Shown: positions 20,172 through 30,176 of the stretch, one piece after another
How the letters are laid out: each line of letters opens with the position of its first letter
How positions within the stretch are numbered: position 1 is the first letter of the stretch
From: Candidatus Falkowbacteria bacterium
GTDB lineage: Bacteria; Patescibacteriota; Patescibacteriia; CAIXNZ01
Assembly: GCA_963774955.1 (NCBI GenBank)
Contig: CAVZGV010000003.1
Coordinates: 320,771-384,770 of the forward strand
Length of the DNA: 64,000 nucleotides
Direction: 5' to 3'
Made by a program: the position numbers and the translations under genes
The notes under the pieces: generated by a model
Told to the model about the DNA's origin: nothing
The model's database searches: none
The model's input: only the letters and a program-made list of their open reading frames with translations

Positions 20172-21248
20172 ATGTCAGCAAAAATAAAGATCATTAGTTA
20201 TTCAGATTTGGTCGATTCATTATTGGCCAATTTGCCAAATCGCGAACGCGAAGTTCTGCAAAGAAGAAATTCTTTGGGCGAAATTAACGGAGCCCATACT
20301 CTTGAGCAGATTGGCAATGATTTTAATATTACCAGAGAAAGAATAAGGCAAATTGAAAGAGAAGGCTTGAAAAAGCTGAAAAGTTTGGATTATCAAAAAT
20401 TAAAATTGCCTATTGATGTTTTGGAAACTCAGGTTGCTGACAACCTGAAATACCATGGCGGCTTAATGGCGGAAGATCATCTGAAGGCTAAGCTCTTATC
20501 GGAAGAAAACGAAGAAGAAGAACGAGCTTTGGATTTCATTTTGGCCAATTTTTTAAATAGTAATTTTGACCGAGTAGAGGCTCAAGCCGATTACCAGATT
20601 CTTTGGAAAATGGATTCAGTAAATTTAGATGAGGCGTTAACTGTTGCTAAGGCCTTGAAAGATTTGATTGAAAATCATGGCCAGCCTATACACATGGAAG
20701 AATTAATTGATAAGTTCAAATATCACAATTTGTATCAGAGAGTAGAACAGCTGGAAGCTGAAAATCAAGCGATAATTGAGGCACTCTTAAGGCTCAATAA
20801 ACATGTTAAATCCAACATTTTAAAACAATGGGGTTTAGCCATCTGGAATACCATCAAACCAAAGAGAATGACTGATAAAGCCTATTTAATTCTTTTAAGG
20901 GAGAAAAAGCCTTTACACTTTGCGGAGGTTGCTGATTTAATCAATCAGGCTAATTTTGACCGCAAAAAGGCGTGTCCGGCCACTGTCCATAATGAATTGA
21001 TTTTAGATGATAAATATGTTTTAGTCGGTCGCGGTATTTATGCCTTGAAAGAATGGGGTTTTCAGGCAGGTACAGTTGCAGATATTATTTCCCAAATTCT
21101 GCAGGAAAACGGTCCCCAAAACAAGCAGGATCTGATGGATAAGGTTTTAAAACAAAGGTTGGTGCAAAAAACCACAATTGTTTTGGCCTTAATGGATAAA
21201 AATAAGTTTGACAGACAGGAAGACGGTCGTTATACCTTAGTTAAATAA
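20172..21248 (+). CDS. Sigma70 region-4 HTH / HARE-HTH domain protein (CPR-typical)
   Basis: TLEQIGNDFNITRERIRQIE; KPLHFAEVA...TVHNELI.D.KYVLVGRGIYALKEWG. Confidence 0.8.
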   Translation: MSAKIKIISYSDLVDSLLANLPNREREVLQRRNSLGEINGAHTLEQIGNDFNITRERIRQIEREGLKKLKSLDYQKLKLPIDVLETQVADNLKYHGGLMAEDHLKAKLLSEENEEEERALDFILANFLNSNFDRVEAQADYQILWKMDSVNLDEALTVAKALKDLIENHGQPIHMEELIDKFKYHNLYQRVEQLEAENQAIIEALLRLNKHVKSNILKQWGLAIWNTIKPKRMTDKAYLILLREKKPLHFAEVADLINQANFDRKKACPATVHNELILDDKYVLVGRGIYALKEWGFQAGTVADIISQILQENGPQNKQDLMDKVLKQRLVQKTTIVLALMDKNKFDRQEDGRYTLVK

Positions 21249-21262
21249 ACAATTATATACCA

Positions 21263-21299
21263 AAAAAAGAAACCTCCAAGCATTGTGAGGTTTCTTTTT
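21263..21299 (+). terminator. Intrinsic terminator
   Basis: aaagaaacctc-loop-gaggtttcttt. Confidence 0.65.
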
Positions 21300-21467
21300 G
21301 TTTTCCCATGGCAAAAATGGTCAAAATTATGTATAATATATATAGAACCACAAAAGGTGGCACGAAAAAACACTAAAAGTAATTTAATATTGAAAATCAC
21401 GATAAAACACTTATTATTTTCGTGTTTTTCGTGATTATATTTTCATGGTTAATATTACATTCATTTT

Positions 21468-23234
21468 ATGATTGAAATCGATTTAAGTACAATTATACCC
21501 TGGCTGAACAATTTTATGAATATGGTTATTGTTGATTTCAGCGGTGATGACCCCTGGGTTGCTATGGGTATTTTTATGTTTAAATATCAGGGCTGGCTCT
21601 TGTATATTTATATTTTTATTCGCTATCTGGTTTTTCCAGAATACATGTTTTTTATCCAAAACCGTTGGTTTGCTAAAAATGTACAAATGGTGCTTTTAGC
21701 CATTGATGTGCCGAAAATGAATGAACAAAGTGTTCAGGCCATGGAGAATTTTTTTGGCCATCTCTTGGGAGCTCATAGTTCATTTTTATGGTGGGATAAA
21801 TATATTGATGGGGCTTTTCAGCTTAGTTTTTCCTGTGAATTAATCAGTATTGAAGGCAACATCCAGTTTTTAATCAGAACGCCTAAACAATTTCGCAATT
21901 TAGTGGAAGCAGCTTTATATGGTCAGTTTCCGGACGCGGAAATTACCGAGGTCCAGGATTATGTCACTAATGCGCCGCGTTATTATCCGAATGCCACCCA
22001 TGATCTTGCTGGAGTGGAAATGACGTTGAGCAATAAAAACGTTTATTTGCCAATCAGGACTTATGAAAAATTTGAACATCGATTTGCGGAGGTCTTTGCC
22101 GATCCATTGGCGGGTTTATTGGAAAATCTGGCGCAAATCGGCCCGGGTGAACAAGTTTGGATCCAATATTTATTGAAGCCGCTGCCTGTTGATTGGGGCA
22201 GGGAAGGCGGAGAAAAAGAAATAAATAAAATCATCGGCAAGGTAGAAAAGCCCAAGACAAGCATTATTACTCTTGTTTTTGATATGTTTTTTAGTGTTTT
22301 AAGCGGTTTTGCAGAACAATTAATCGGGCCTGGCGGCGAGACTAGTGCAGTACCAGAAAAAAAAGAAGAGCAGTTTCGCATGATGAATTTGACTCCGGGA
22401 CAAAAAGAACAATTGGAATCGATGGAACGAAAAATTGCTCGATTAGCCTTTAATGTTAAAATTAGATTTTTATATATTTATGAAAAAGGGATTGATAATA
22501 AAGCTTTAAGTTGGCAAGGAATAATCGGCGCGTATAAGCAATGGACTGATATGAATGCTAATGGCTTAAAACCGGACATGAAACCGACAGGTACCGGTTC
22601 AGCCTATTATGTTTTTATAAATAGACGTCGTAATACCAGAAAAAATTATATAATGGGAGCCTATCGCGGTCGAAATAGCGTTATGGGCTCTGTGGCTAAA
22701 CCGTTGAATACCGAAGAATTGGCATCTTTATGGCATTTCCCTGGAATGAGTGTTAAAGCACCTTTTTTAAAGGCTACTGCCTTTAAAAAAGCGGCCGCTC
22801 CGGTTGGGTTACCTATGGAAGCAAAAATACCTTTACCTTCAGAGATTAAAAGCGTAGAAACAGTTATGACGGAAAAAAATATTAATTTACCGACTTTTGA
22901 CTATGACAATGATGAATTCGAAAAGCAATTTGCCTTGGATCGTGAGGGCTTTGCCAAAAGCCGGCCGGCTCGGGAAAAGAGGCTGAAAGAAATTGCGCAA
23001 GCAGAAACTGCTAAGGCAGAATCAGCTCAAAAAGCAGCTTTGGCAGCTGAAGAGGAGGTTCAACGGGCAGTTGTTAAACCCAAGAAGCCCCAGGCCTCAG
23101 CCAATTTGCTGGATACGGATTTTTCAGCTGATAATGAAACTCAATCGTCAGCTCAGATCCCACAGACACCAGAATCAGCCAAGGAAACAAATGATTCTGA
23201 CAAAACTCCAGGCAACTTGCCGTTTCTTGATTAA
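21468..23234 (+). CDS. Conserved CPR membrane-anchored protein adjacent to the TraG/VirD4-like ATPase
   Basis: SFSCELISIEG.IQF, QFPDAEI.EV.DY, LPIRTY, EELASLWHFP motifs; N-terminal TM. Confidence 0.7.
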   Translation: MIEIDLSTIIPWLNNFMNMVIVDFSGDDPWVAMGIFMFKYQGWLLYIYIFIRYLVFPEYMFFIQNRWFAKNVQMVLLAIDVPKMNEQSVQAMENFFGHLLGAHSSFLWWDKYIDGAFQLSFSCELISIEGNIQFLIRTPKQFRNLVEAALYGQFPDAEITEVQDYVTNAPRYYPNATHDLAGVEMTLSNKNVYLPIRTYEKFEHRFAEVFADPLAGLLENLAQIGPGEQVWIQYLLKPLPVDWGREGGEKEINKIIGKVEKPKTSIITLVFDMFFSVLSGFAEQLIGPGGETSAVPEKKEEQFRMMNLTPGQKEQLESMERKIARLAFNVKIRFLYIYEKGIDNKALSWQGIIGAYKQWTDMNANGLKPDMKPTGTGSAYYVFINRRRNTRKNYIMGAYRGRNSVMGSVAKPLNTEELASLWHFPGMSVKAPFLKATAFKKAAAPVGLPMEAKIPLPSEIKSVETVMTEKNINLPTFDYDNDEFEKQFALDREGFAKSRPAREKRLKEIAQAETAKAESAQKAALAAEEEVQRAVVKPKKPQASANLLDTDFSADNETQSSAQIPQTPESAKETNDSDKTPGNLPFLD

Positions 23235-23276
23235 ATTAGTCAGCTTAGTTTTTAGTTATTAAATTTTAGTTATATT

Positions 23277-25562
23277 ATGTCTGAAGAATTAGTAAAAAAA
23301 ATACAGGACAGCGGGATTGCACCATTTGCAGTCACTACTTATCATAATAAAGAAAAAATTTTTGGCATTAAAACAGATGATCGTCGCCGTCATGTTTATC
23401 TCATCGGTAAAACCGGTATGGGCAAAACGACCCTGATTGAAAACATGGTTTATGCAGATATCATGTCCGGCCATGGCGTCTGTTATATTGATCCTCATGG
23501 TGATACCGCTGAAAAAATGCTGGAATGGATTCCGTCCTGGCGTATAAATGACGTGGTTTATTTTAATCCCGCTGACTTGGAATTTCCTATTTCCTTCAAT
23601 GTCCTGGAAAAGGTTGATCCCAAATATCGCCATTTAGTCTCTTCAGGCCTTGTCGGCGTCTTCAAAAAACTATGGGCCGAGTCTTGGGGCCCACGCTTAG
23701 AGTATATTTTGAGAAATGCGATTTTAGCGCTTTTGGAATATCCTGATAGCACTTTGTTGGGTATTAATCGTCTTTTGGTTGATAAGGAATATCGCAAAAA
23801 AGTCGTGGAAAAAATTCAGGATCCGGTTGTCCGTTCCTTTTGGGTGGATGAATTCCCCAAATGGAATGAGCGCGTTTTACAGGAAGTTGTGTCTCCGATT
23901 CAAAATAAAGTCGGTCAGTTTTTATCAACTGCCCTGATTAGAAATGTTGTCGGCCAGGTAAAATCGAGTGTAAATTTGCGCGAATTGATGGATACCCAGA
24001 AAATTTTAATTTTAAATTTGTCTAAAGGCAGAATCGGCGAAGATGCTTCAGCTTTAATGGGCGCGATGATGGTTACAAAAATACAGCTGGCAGCTATGAG
24101 TCGTGTGGATATCCCGGAAACTCAAAGAAACGACTTTTATCTCTATGTCGACGAATTTCAGAATTTCATTACTGATTCATTTGCCAATATTTTATCTGAG
24201 GCCAGAAAATATCATTTAAATTTAACTATTGCTCATCAGTATATTGAACAGTTGGGTGAAGTGGTTCAGCCGGCTGTTTTTGGTAACGTCGGAACTATTA
24301 TTGTTTTTCGTATCGGCGCGGCTGATGCTGAATTTTTGGAAACTGAATTTGCCCCCAATATCATCCCTGAAGATTTAGTTAATTTACCCAAGTATCACGT
24401 TTATTTAAAGTTAATGATTGACGGCGTTACCAGTGAACCATTTTCAGCCCGCGGTTTGCCCCCTGTATATACCAAATCCATGGGTAATGAAGAAAAGGTT
24501 ATCCGTGCTTCCCGGGAAAGATATACCAGACCCAGGGAAGTCGTGGAAGATAAGATTTACCGCTGGAGTTTGGGTGATAAAGAAATTGAGCGCAGAGAAG
24601 CTGATGCTGCTAAAAAAGCAGGTATCACTGTGGATGTTTTTGCCAAAAAGCAGGAAGATCGTCGTGATCAACCTAGAGACGGAGGTAGAGACTTTAGCAG
24701 AGATGGCGCTAGAGATAGTGGTAGAGATAGTGGTAGACAAGATAATCGGCCTCAGGCACCCAGAGCGCAGTTTTCCAGCCGACCCCAGGTACAATCCCAG
24801 GCAGTTAGTGCTAAGCCGGCGAATACCGCAGCCAAGCCAATGCATCCGGCGAAATGTGATAACTGCGGGGTAGCGATTGAAATTCCTTTTTTACCAGATA
24901 AATCACGCCCGGTCTTTTGCAAAGACTGTCTGAAAAAATCTCGCCGCGGTGAAATTAAAATGCAGCCGCAAGCCAGCGTTCAAGTCGCTGAATCAAGAGA
25001 AGAAACACCGACAATATCCTTAGCCCAATTAAATAAACAGACGTTTGATTTTAAGGGTCGTCCTGTTAGAGAAGTGAAAAAAGAGGAAAAAGGGCAAGCG
25101 GGGTTAAGAAAGGAGGAGCCAAAGGCAGAAAGACCAAGAATAGAACCGCCTCAGCTTAGAAGTGGCAAAGAAGTGGGAGAAGCTAAAGACGGGTTAAGAA
25201 GGGAGGCGCCAAAGACAGAAAGGCCAAGAATCGACCCCCCAGTCATTAAGCAACCTGAAACTAAAAAAATTGAACCCAGGCTTACTGTTCAAGCTGAGAA
25301 GAAAGAATCTGAAATTAAGGCTCCAGTTTCAGCCGCTGCTTCTAAAACAGTTGATTTTGATAAATTAATTGATTTTGTGGAAAAAAAACAGGAAGAATTA
25401 AAAGGAAAGATTGATAGTGAAAAGGCTCCGGCGCAGACTCCAGCTATAAAACCACAACAGGCAAAGCCTAATTCGCAGACAGCTTCGGTAGATTTATTGT
25501 CTCAATTTAGCAATGATTCAGATTCCAAAGAAATTAAGGCAGGGGAGGAAATAGAGTTGTAA
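23277..25562 (+). CDS. TraG/VirD4/HerA-like P-loop ATPase with CxxC-x17-CxxC domain and disordered tail
   Basis: RRRHVYLIGKTGMGKTT, IDPHGD, LYVDEFQNF, LSEARKY, AHQY; CDNCG..IEIPFLP...RPVFCKDC. Confidence 0.85.
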   Translation: MSEELVKKIQDSGIAPFAVTTYHNKEKIFGIKTDDRRRHVYLIGKTGMGKTTLIENMVYADIMSGHGVCYIDPHGDTAEKMLEWIPSWRINDVVYFNPADLEFPISFNVLEKVDPKYRHLVSSGLVGVFKKLWAESWGPRLEYILRNAILALLEYPDSTLLGINRLLVDKEYRKKVVEKIQDPVVRSFWVDEFPKWNERVLQEVVSPIQNKVGQFLSTALIRNVVGQVKSSVNLRELMDTQKILILNLSKGRIGEDASALMGAMMVTKIQLAAMSRVDIPETQRNDFYLYVDEFQNFITDSFANILSEARKYHLNLTIAHQYIEQLGEVVQPAVFGNVGTIIVFRIGAADAEFLETEFAPNIIPEDLVNLPKYHVYLKLMIDGVTSEPFSARGLPPVYTKSMGNEEKVIRASRERYTRPREVVEDKIYRWSLGDKEIERREADAAKKAGITVDVFAKKQEDRRDQPRDGGRDFSRDGARDSGRDSGRQDNRPQAPRAQFSSRPQVQSQAVSAKPANTAAKPMHPAKCDNCGVAIEIPFLPDKSRPVFCKDCLKKSRRGEIKMQPQASVQVAESREETPTISLAQLNKQTFDFKGRPVREVKKEEKGQAGLRKEEPKAERPRIEPPQLRSGKEVGEAKDGLRREAPKTERPRIDPPVIKQPETKKIEPRLTVQAEKKESEIKAPVSAAASKTVDFDKLIDFVEKKQEELKGKIDSEKAPAQTPAIKPQQAKPNSQTASVDLLSQFSNDSDSKEIKAGEEIEL
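24675..24737 (+). repeat. 12-bp tandem repeat in the ATPase linker (RDxx)n
   Basis: agagacggaggt agagactttagc agagatggcgct agagatagtggt agagatagtggt. Confidence 0.7.
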
Positions 25563-25565
25563 AAA

Positions 25566-25690
25566 ACAAATAACAAATTTCAAATAGCAAATATAACGCA
25601 AATGACAAGTTTCAAATAATAAACATTTGTGATTTAGGATTTGAACCATTGTAATTTATTTGGAGCTTGGTTTTTTGAGATTTGTGATTT
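25566..25690. repeat. Degenerate oligomer (caaat/atttg) inverted-repeat intergenic element
   Basis: caaat-rich left arm, atttg-rich right arm; relatives at 41597-41720, 58396-58468 and 63438-63497. Confidence 0.7.
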
Positions 25691-25727
25691 ATTTTGTCTT
25701 TTTTTATTAAAGTTTTGTCATTCAATT

Positions 25728-26168
25728 ATGCTTTATCTAGGTGCCGATCATGGCGGTTTTAAATTAAAAGAACAGATTAAAAAATATTTGTTAGCCCAAA
25801 AAATTAAATTTATTGATTTGGGCAGTTTCAATTTGGATGCTGATGATGATTTTCCTCAATATAGCTTTAAAGTCGGCCAGGCCGTTGTTCGAGATAAAAA
25901 GTCAGCTGGCATTTTAATCTGCGGGACAGGCTTTGGCGTTTGTATTGCCGCAAATAAAGTAAAGGGTGTTAGGGCAGTTACCATCAGGAATGTCGCCGAA
26001 GCTAAGTCTGCCAGAATGCATAATGATGCCAATATTATGTGTTTTTCCGGTTGGGATTTGCAGCCGGATTTAGCGAAAAAGATAATTAAAGTCTGGTTGA
26101 ATACAAAATTTAGTAATGCATCCAGGCATAAAAGGCGCTTGGACAAGATCAAAAAGTATGAAAGTTAA
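25728..26168 (+). CDS. rpiB: Ribose-5-phosphate isomerase B
   Basis: GADHGG, ICGTGFG, ANKVKGVRA, HNDAN, RHKRR. Confidence 0.93.
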   Translation: MLYLGADHGGFKLKEQIKKYLLAQKIKFIDLGSFNLDADDDFPQYSFKVGQAVVRDKKSAGILICGTGFGVCIAANKVKGVRAVTIRNVAEAKSARMHNDANIMCFSGWDLQPDLAKKIIKVWLNTKFSNASRHKRRLDKIKKYES

Positions 26169-26829
26169 AATCGTACCAACTATTTTGGTGAATAATTTTA
26201 CTGAATTTAAGGAACGTTTGAAAAGGGTCGAACCCTTTTTTGCCTTAGTACAGATTGACTGCGCGGATGGAAAATTCGTGAACAACAAAACATTTTACCA
26301 CGTTCGCAAAATTAAAAGTCTTACCGCGAAACGGTATCCTGCTATGCGGGAAAAGTATAAGGGAAAATTTGAACTACATCTGATGATTCATGATCCGCTG
26401 AAAGAGATTAAAAAATGGGTTAGTTATAGAAGGTTAAAAAGAGTAATATTTCATTATGAAGCAGTCAGAGACGAGCTTAAAATTTTAGAAATAATCAGTT
26501 ATTTACATAAGCGGGGAATTGGAGCTGGTTTGGCAATTAATCCTGAAACCAAAATAGATAAAATATTAAAATTTTTACCTAAACTTGATGTCTTGCTAAT
26601 TATGGGAGTAAAGCCTGGTTGGGGCGGACAAGCCATAAGTCTTAAAGTTGTAAAGTCGAAAGTTTATAAAGTCAGAAAATTGTATCCAAAATTGGATATT
26701 GAAGTTGACGGCGGAGTTAGTTTGAAAAATATAAAACAGATTATTAAAGCCGGCGCGAATATTTTAGCCATGGGCAAGGCTTTAAACAGTGAACTCGAAA
26801 TTAATCAGCTTCGGTCATTAATTAAATAA
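26158..26829 (+). CDS. rpe: Ribulose-phosphate 3-epimerase
   Basis: QIDCADGKFV, ELHLMI, AINPET, MGVKPGWGGQ, EVDGG. Confidence 0.9.
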   Translation: MKVKIVPTILVNNFTEFKERLKRVEPFFALVQIDCADGKFVNNKTFYHVRKIKSLTAKRYPAMREKYKGKFELHLMIHDPLKEIKKWVSYRRLKRVIFHYEAVRDELKILEIISYLHKRGIGAGLAINPETKIDKILKFLPKLDVLLIMGVKPGWGGQAISLKVVKSKVYKVRKLYPKLDIEVDGGVSLKNIKQIIKAGANILAMGKALNSELEINQLRSLIK

Positions 26830-26842
26830 TAAAAACAGGTGC

Positions 26843-28033
26843 ATGAATATATTCTCCAATGATTATCTGGCTAATTTTTCCAATAAAAAACTGGCCACGG
26901 GCGGGCCGGCCAGGTTTGCCAAGGAATTTTCTGATTTTGCCGTAAAGCAGCGACATAACTGGAATGGCTTGTGTATAATAGCAAAAAGTGGAGCGCAAAA
27001 TCGTTTATCCAAGAAGCAATTTGGGCGCAAGACTTATTGGCAGTTTGTCATGAAGGGCAGAATATACAAACAGATCACAAAAGCCAAGTCTAAAATTGAT
27101 GTTTTACAAAAAACTCAGCCCTTAATTGATAAAATCTCAGCTTTGTTGAAGAAGACTTCTGCGGATATTGTGTTTTTAAATGGTTTTTCCGTGGCTAACT
27201 GGATAATTATGCAGGCTGCATTTAGTGTTAATAAGAAGATTGTTATTCAACACGCAGGTATTTGGACTAAGGAAGTTAATATGTATCGGCATTTTTTTTC
27301 TGCCTGGGGCCGGAGGCTGGTTTTACAAATGGAAAAGGATGTTGTTGCTTGTGTTGATCATCAGATATTTTTAAATGAATACAGCCGGGATGTCTATAGT
27401 AAGATAGTTAAAAAAGTATCCAAATCAAAAAGTCTGGTTATTCCCTTGCCCTTTTTAGGCCAGCAGTCTAGGCAAGTAAAATTTAAACCGGTAAATCCTC
27501 AGCAGGCTTTAAAAATCGGCATTGTTGCCCGTTGGGATAGGATAAAAAATCAAGAAGCGGTTTTGGCCCTGGCCAAAGAAATAAAAAAACAAAATTTGAA
27601 CTGGCAGATATATTCTGTTACAGTAATTCCAGAAACTAAGAAATTCCTAGATTTTAAAAAACAGTATCGTAGTTACATCAAGGTTATTCCGCCCATGCCG
27701 TATCAGGAGATTCCGAAATTTAATCGGATGATGGATCTGATGATTTTACCTTCTCATTTCGATGTTTCCCCTAATGTAGTCATGGAAGCCGCCAATGAAG
27801 GCCTGGCCACTTTAATTTCACCTTACGTCGGCTGGGTCAATGAGTATCGTCGTAGTGGCTGTTCAAGCTTGATTGTTGATTTTGCCAAGCCGGAAGCAGT
27901 CATTAAGGAGATAAAAAGGTTAAGCAATCCGCAATTAAGAAAGAAGATAAAAAATATGTTTGTAAATATAAGGAAAAAACATGATAAAAACAAAATATTT
28001 GCTGAATACTTAAAGCTCTTTAAAACCTTGTAG
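26843..28033 (+). CDS. Glycosyltransferase family 4
   Basis: GGPARF; LPSHFDVSPNVVMEA. Confidence 0.8.
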   Translation: MNIFSNDYLANFSNKKLATGGPARFAKEFSDFAVKQRHNWNGLCIIAKSGAQNRLSKKQFGRKTYWQFVMKGRIYKQITKAKSKIDVLQKTQPLIDKISALLKKTSADIVFLNGFSVANWIIMQAAFSVNKKIVIQHAGIWTKEVNMYRHFFSAWGRRLVLQMEKDVVACVDHQIFLNEYSRDVYSKIVKKVSKSKSLVIPLPFLGQQSRQVKFKPVNPQQALKIGIVARWDRIKNQEAVLALAKEIKKQNLNWQIYSVTVIPETKKFLDFKKQYRSYIKVIPPMPYQEIPKFNRMMDLMILPSHFDVSPNVVMEAANEGLATLISPYVGWVNEYRRSGCSSLIVDFAKPEAVIKEIKRLSNPQLRKKIKNMFVNIRKKHDKNKIFAEYLKLFKTL

Positions 28034-28058
28034 TTAATTATTAATTGATTTTTGCTTT

Positions 28059-29159
28059 ATGAGAATTGCTCAATTAGTTTATAATCTTCACCGCGTCTTT
28101 TCAGCGTCTAATAACGCTATTTACGGCCATGTAGGATATTTATGCGATCGTTTGGCTGATAGCGGACATGAGGTGACTCTGTTTGCGTCCGGTAATTCAG
28201 AAACTAGGGCCAAACTTGAATCTGTTTATCGCACTTCTTTTAATTTAGCCAATAAGCTGTCGGAACGGGAAAGGCGGCATTATAATCATTTATTAATTTC
28301 TAAATGTTATAATCAAGCCAGAAATTTTGATCTCATCCATACTCATTTTACTTTGCTTAGCTCGTATTATAGCGGTTTGGTGGATATCCCGACTTTGATT
28401 TCGATCCACAGCCCGATTATCAAAGAGATTAAGCCTTTTTTAAAGGCGTTCAGAAATAATTATTATGTGTCTTTTTCCTTGGCCCAACGCAAACAAATGC
28501 CGGATTTGAACTGGTTTGCCAACATTTATCATGGTGTGGACACTAAAAAATTTAGTTTTAATCCTAAACCCAAAGATTATTTTTTGTATTTAGGCAGAAT
28601 AACCGAGGAAAAAGGCGTGCATTTGGCTATTGCGGCTGCCAAAGCCGCTGAAGTCCCATTGATTATTGCTGGTGGTAGTTATTCCAGCGAAAGTTATTGG
28701 CACGAGGAAATCGAAAAAAATATTGATGGCACTAATATTATGTATGTTGGCGAAGCCAACCTGGAACAAAAAATAAAATATTTAAGAAATGCCAAGGCTG
28801 TTCTTTTCCCGACGCAGTATAACGAAGTTTTTGGTCTGGTCATGATTGAAGCTATGGCTTGCGGTACCCCTGTGATTGCCTGGCGAAACGGCTCAGTGCC
28901 AGAAGTAATTAAACATCGAAAAAACGGATATATTGTCAAAAGTGTTGATGATATGGTTAAAGCAATCAAGATGATTGATAAAATCAGCAGGCAGGAAACT
29001 AGAAAACGAGCCGAGGATTTTTTCAGTATTGAAAAAATGGTGGCCGGCTATGAAAAAGTTTACGCCAGGATTATAGAGGATAATTACAAAAATAAAAATC
29101 ATCAAAATAATAATGAGATTCTGCCAGTCTCGCAAAATATTCCTTTAATTAATGAATAA
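28059..29159 (+). CDS. Glycosyltransferase family 4
   Basis: GHEVTLFA, LGRITEEKG, EVFGLVMIEAMACGTPVI. Confidence 0.9.
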   Translation: MRIAQLVYNLHRVFSASNNAIYGHVGYLCDRLADSGHEVTLFASGNSETRAKLESVYRTSFNLANKLSERERRHYNHLLISKCYNQARNFDLIHTHFTLLSSYYSGLVDIPTLISIHSPIIKEIKPFLKAFRNNYYVSFSLAQRKQMPDLNWFANIYHGVDTKKFSFNPKPKDYFLYLGRITEEKGVHLAIAAAKAAEVPLIIAGGSYSSESYWHEEIEKNIDGTNIMYVGEANLEQKIKYLRNAKAVLFPTQYNEVFGLVMIEAMACGTPVIAWRNGSVPEVIKHRKNGYIVKSVDDMVKAIKMIDKISRQETRKRAEDFFSIEKMVAGYEKVYARIIEDNYKNKNHQNNNEILPVSQNIPLINE

Positions 29160-29607
29160 TATGTCAAAAAATAATTTATCTCATCAAGAAAAATCCGTTG
29201 CTGGCGGGAAAATTCATCGTTGCTCAGTCTGCGGTTATATTTACAAAGATGGCGAAGCTCCGCTAGAATGTCCGATTTGCCAAAATAAAGGGACTTTTGA
29301 TGAAGTTAAACCAGAAGCAGTTAATTATGAATTTTTTAAAGATTGTTGGACTCGCCAGGTTAAATGGATGAATGCCACTAAATATCAGGATGAGATTATG
29401 CTTAATCCTGACGAAAGTGTTTTGAAAATGCTGGCTGAAGCTGAAGGGAAATTTTTACTTGACGGTAAACAGGCCTACTGCCCGTGCCGCATTTTAACCG
29501 GCAATGAACTGGCTGACCGCAAAATCATTTGCCCGTGTTATTTTTACATGGGGGAAATTGAATTGCAGGGTAGGTGCCATTGTAGTTTATATTTGAAGAA
29601 AAAATAG
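29152..29607 (+). CDS. Rubredoxin-like domain fused to a ferredoxin-thioredoxin reductase catalytic domain
   Basis: CSVCGYIY...CPIC, then YCPCR...ICPC...RCHCSLY. Confidence 0.85.
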   Translation: MNNMSKNNLSHQEKSVAGGKIHRCSVCGYIYKDGEAPLECPICQNKGTFDEVKPEAVNYEFFKDCWTRQVKWMNATKYQDEIMLNPDESVLKMLAEAEGKFLLDGKQAYCPCRILTGNELADRKIICPCYFYMGEIELQGRCHCSLYLKKK

Positions 29608-29714
29608 GGCGAAAACGCCCGATCTTGTCACCCTGAGCATAGTCGAATGGGTGACGCCGTCGGAGTATGGTTCGACTAGGCTCACCATGACAACAAGAGC
29701 GGGCGTTTTCGCCC
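29607..29714. repeat. Composite palindromic element, copy 2
   Basis: GGGCGAAAACGCCC...GGGCGTTTTCGCCC around TGTCACCCTGAG...CTCACCATGACA. Confidence 0.85.
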
Positions 29715-29741
29715 AAATTAATAAAATAATTGAAATGAAAT

Positions 29742-30176
29742 ATGGAACGAAATAGTGAGGATAAAAAAGATAAGAAGAATCGAGTTTTAAAATTTACTAA
29801 AATTTTTTCTATAATTTTAATAATTTGGGGGAGTATTTTAGCGATTTTATCGGTTTTACTGGTGATTTTTTATATATTTTTACCGGAAAGTTTAGTTGCC
29901 GCTGGATCTAATAAGGAAGAAATAATTGATCTTTTAATCTTTGGAATCCCCGGGGCTATATATGGCTTAGTCGGAGGAATTGGTTTGTATAAATTAAAAA
30001 AATGGGCATTTTATTTTGTTTGCGGCTTGGGCGTCTATTATTTATTGATGGGTATATTTTATTTTTTGATTACATTGGATATTTCTAATATTGGAATTGG
30101 AGATGTTGTATTAGGTTTATGTTCAATTTATTTAATAAGAAACAGACAATATTTTTTTGAAAATGAAAAAGTATAA
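29742..30176 (+). CDS. Membrane protein (about 4 TM)
   Basis: Hydrophobic helices; GIGLYKLKKWA. Confidence 0.7.
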   Translation: MERNSEDKKDKKNRVLKFTKIFSIILIIWGSILAILSVLLVIFYIFLPESLVAAGSNKEEIIDLLIFGIPGAIYGLVGGIGLYKLKKWAFYFVCGLGVYYLLMGIFYFLITLDISNIGIGDVVLGLCSIYLIRNRQYFFENEKV

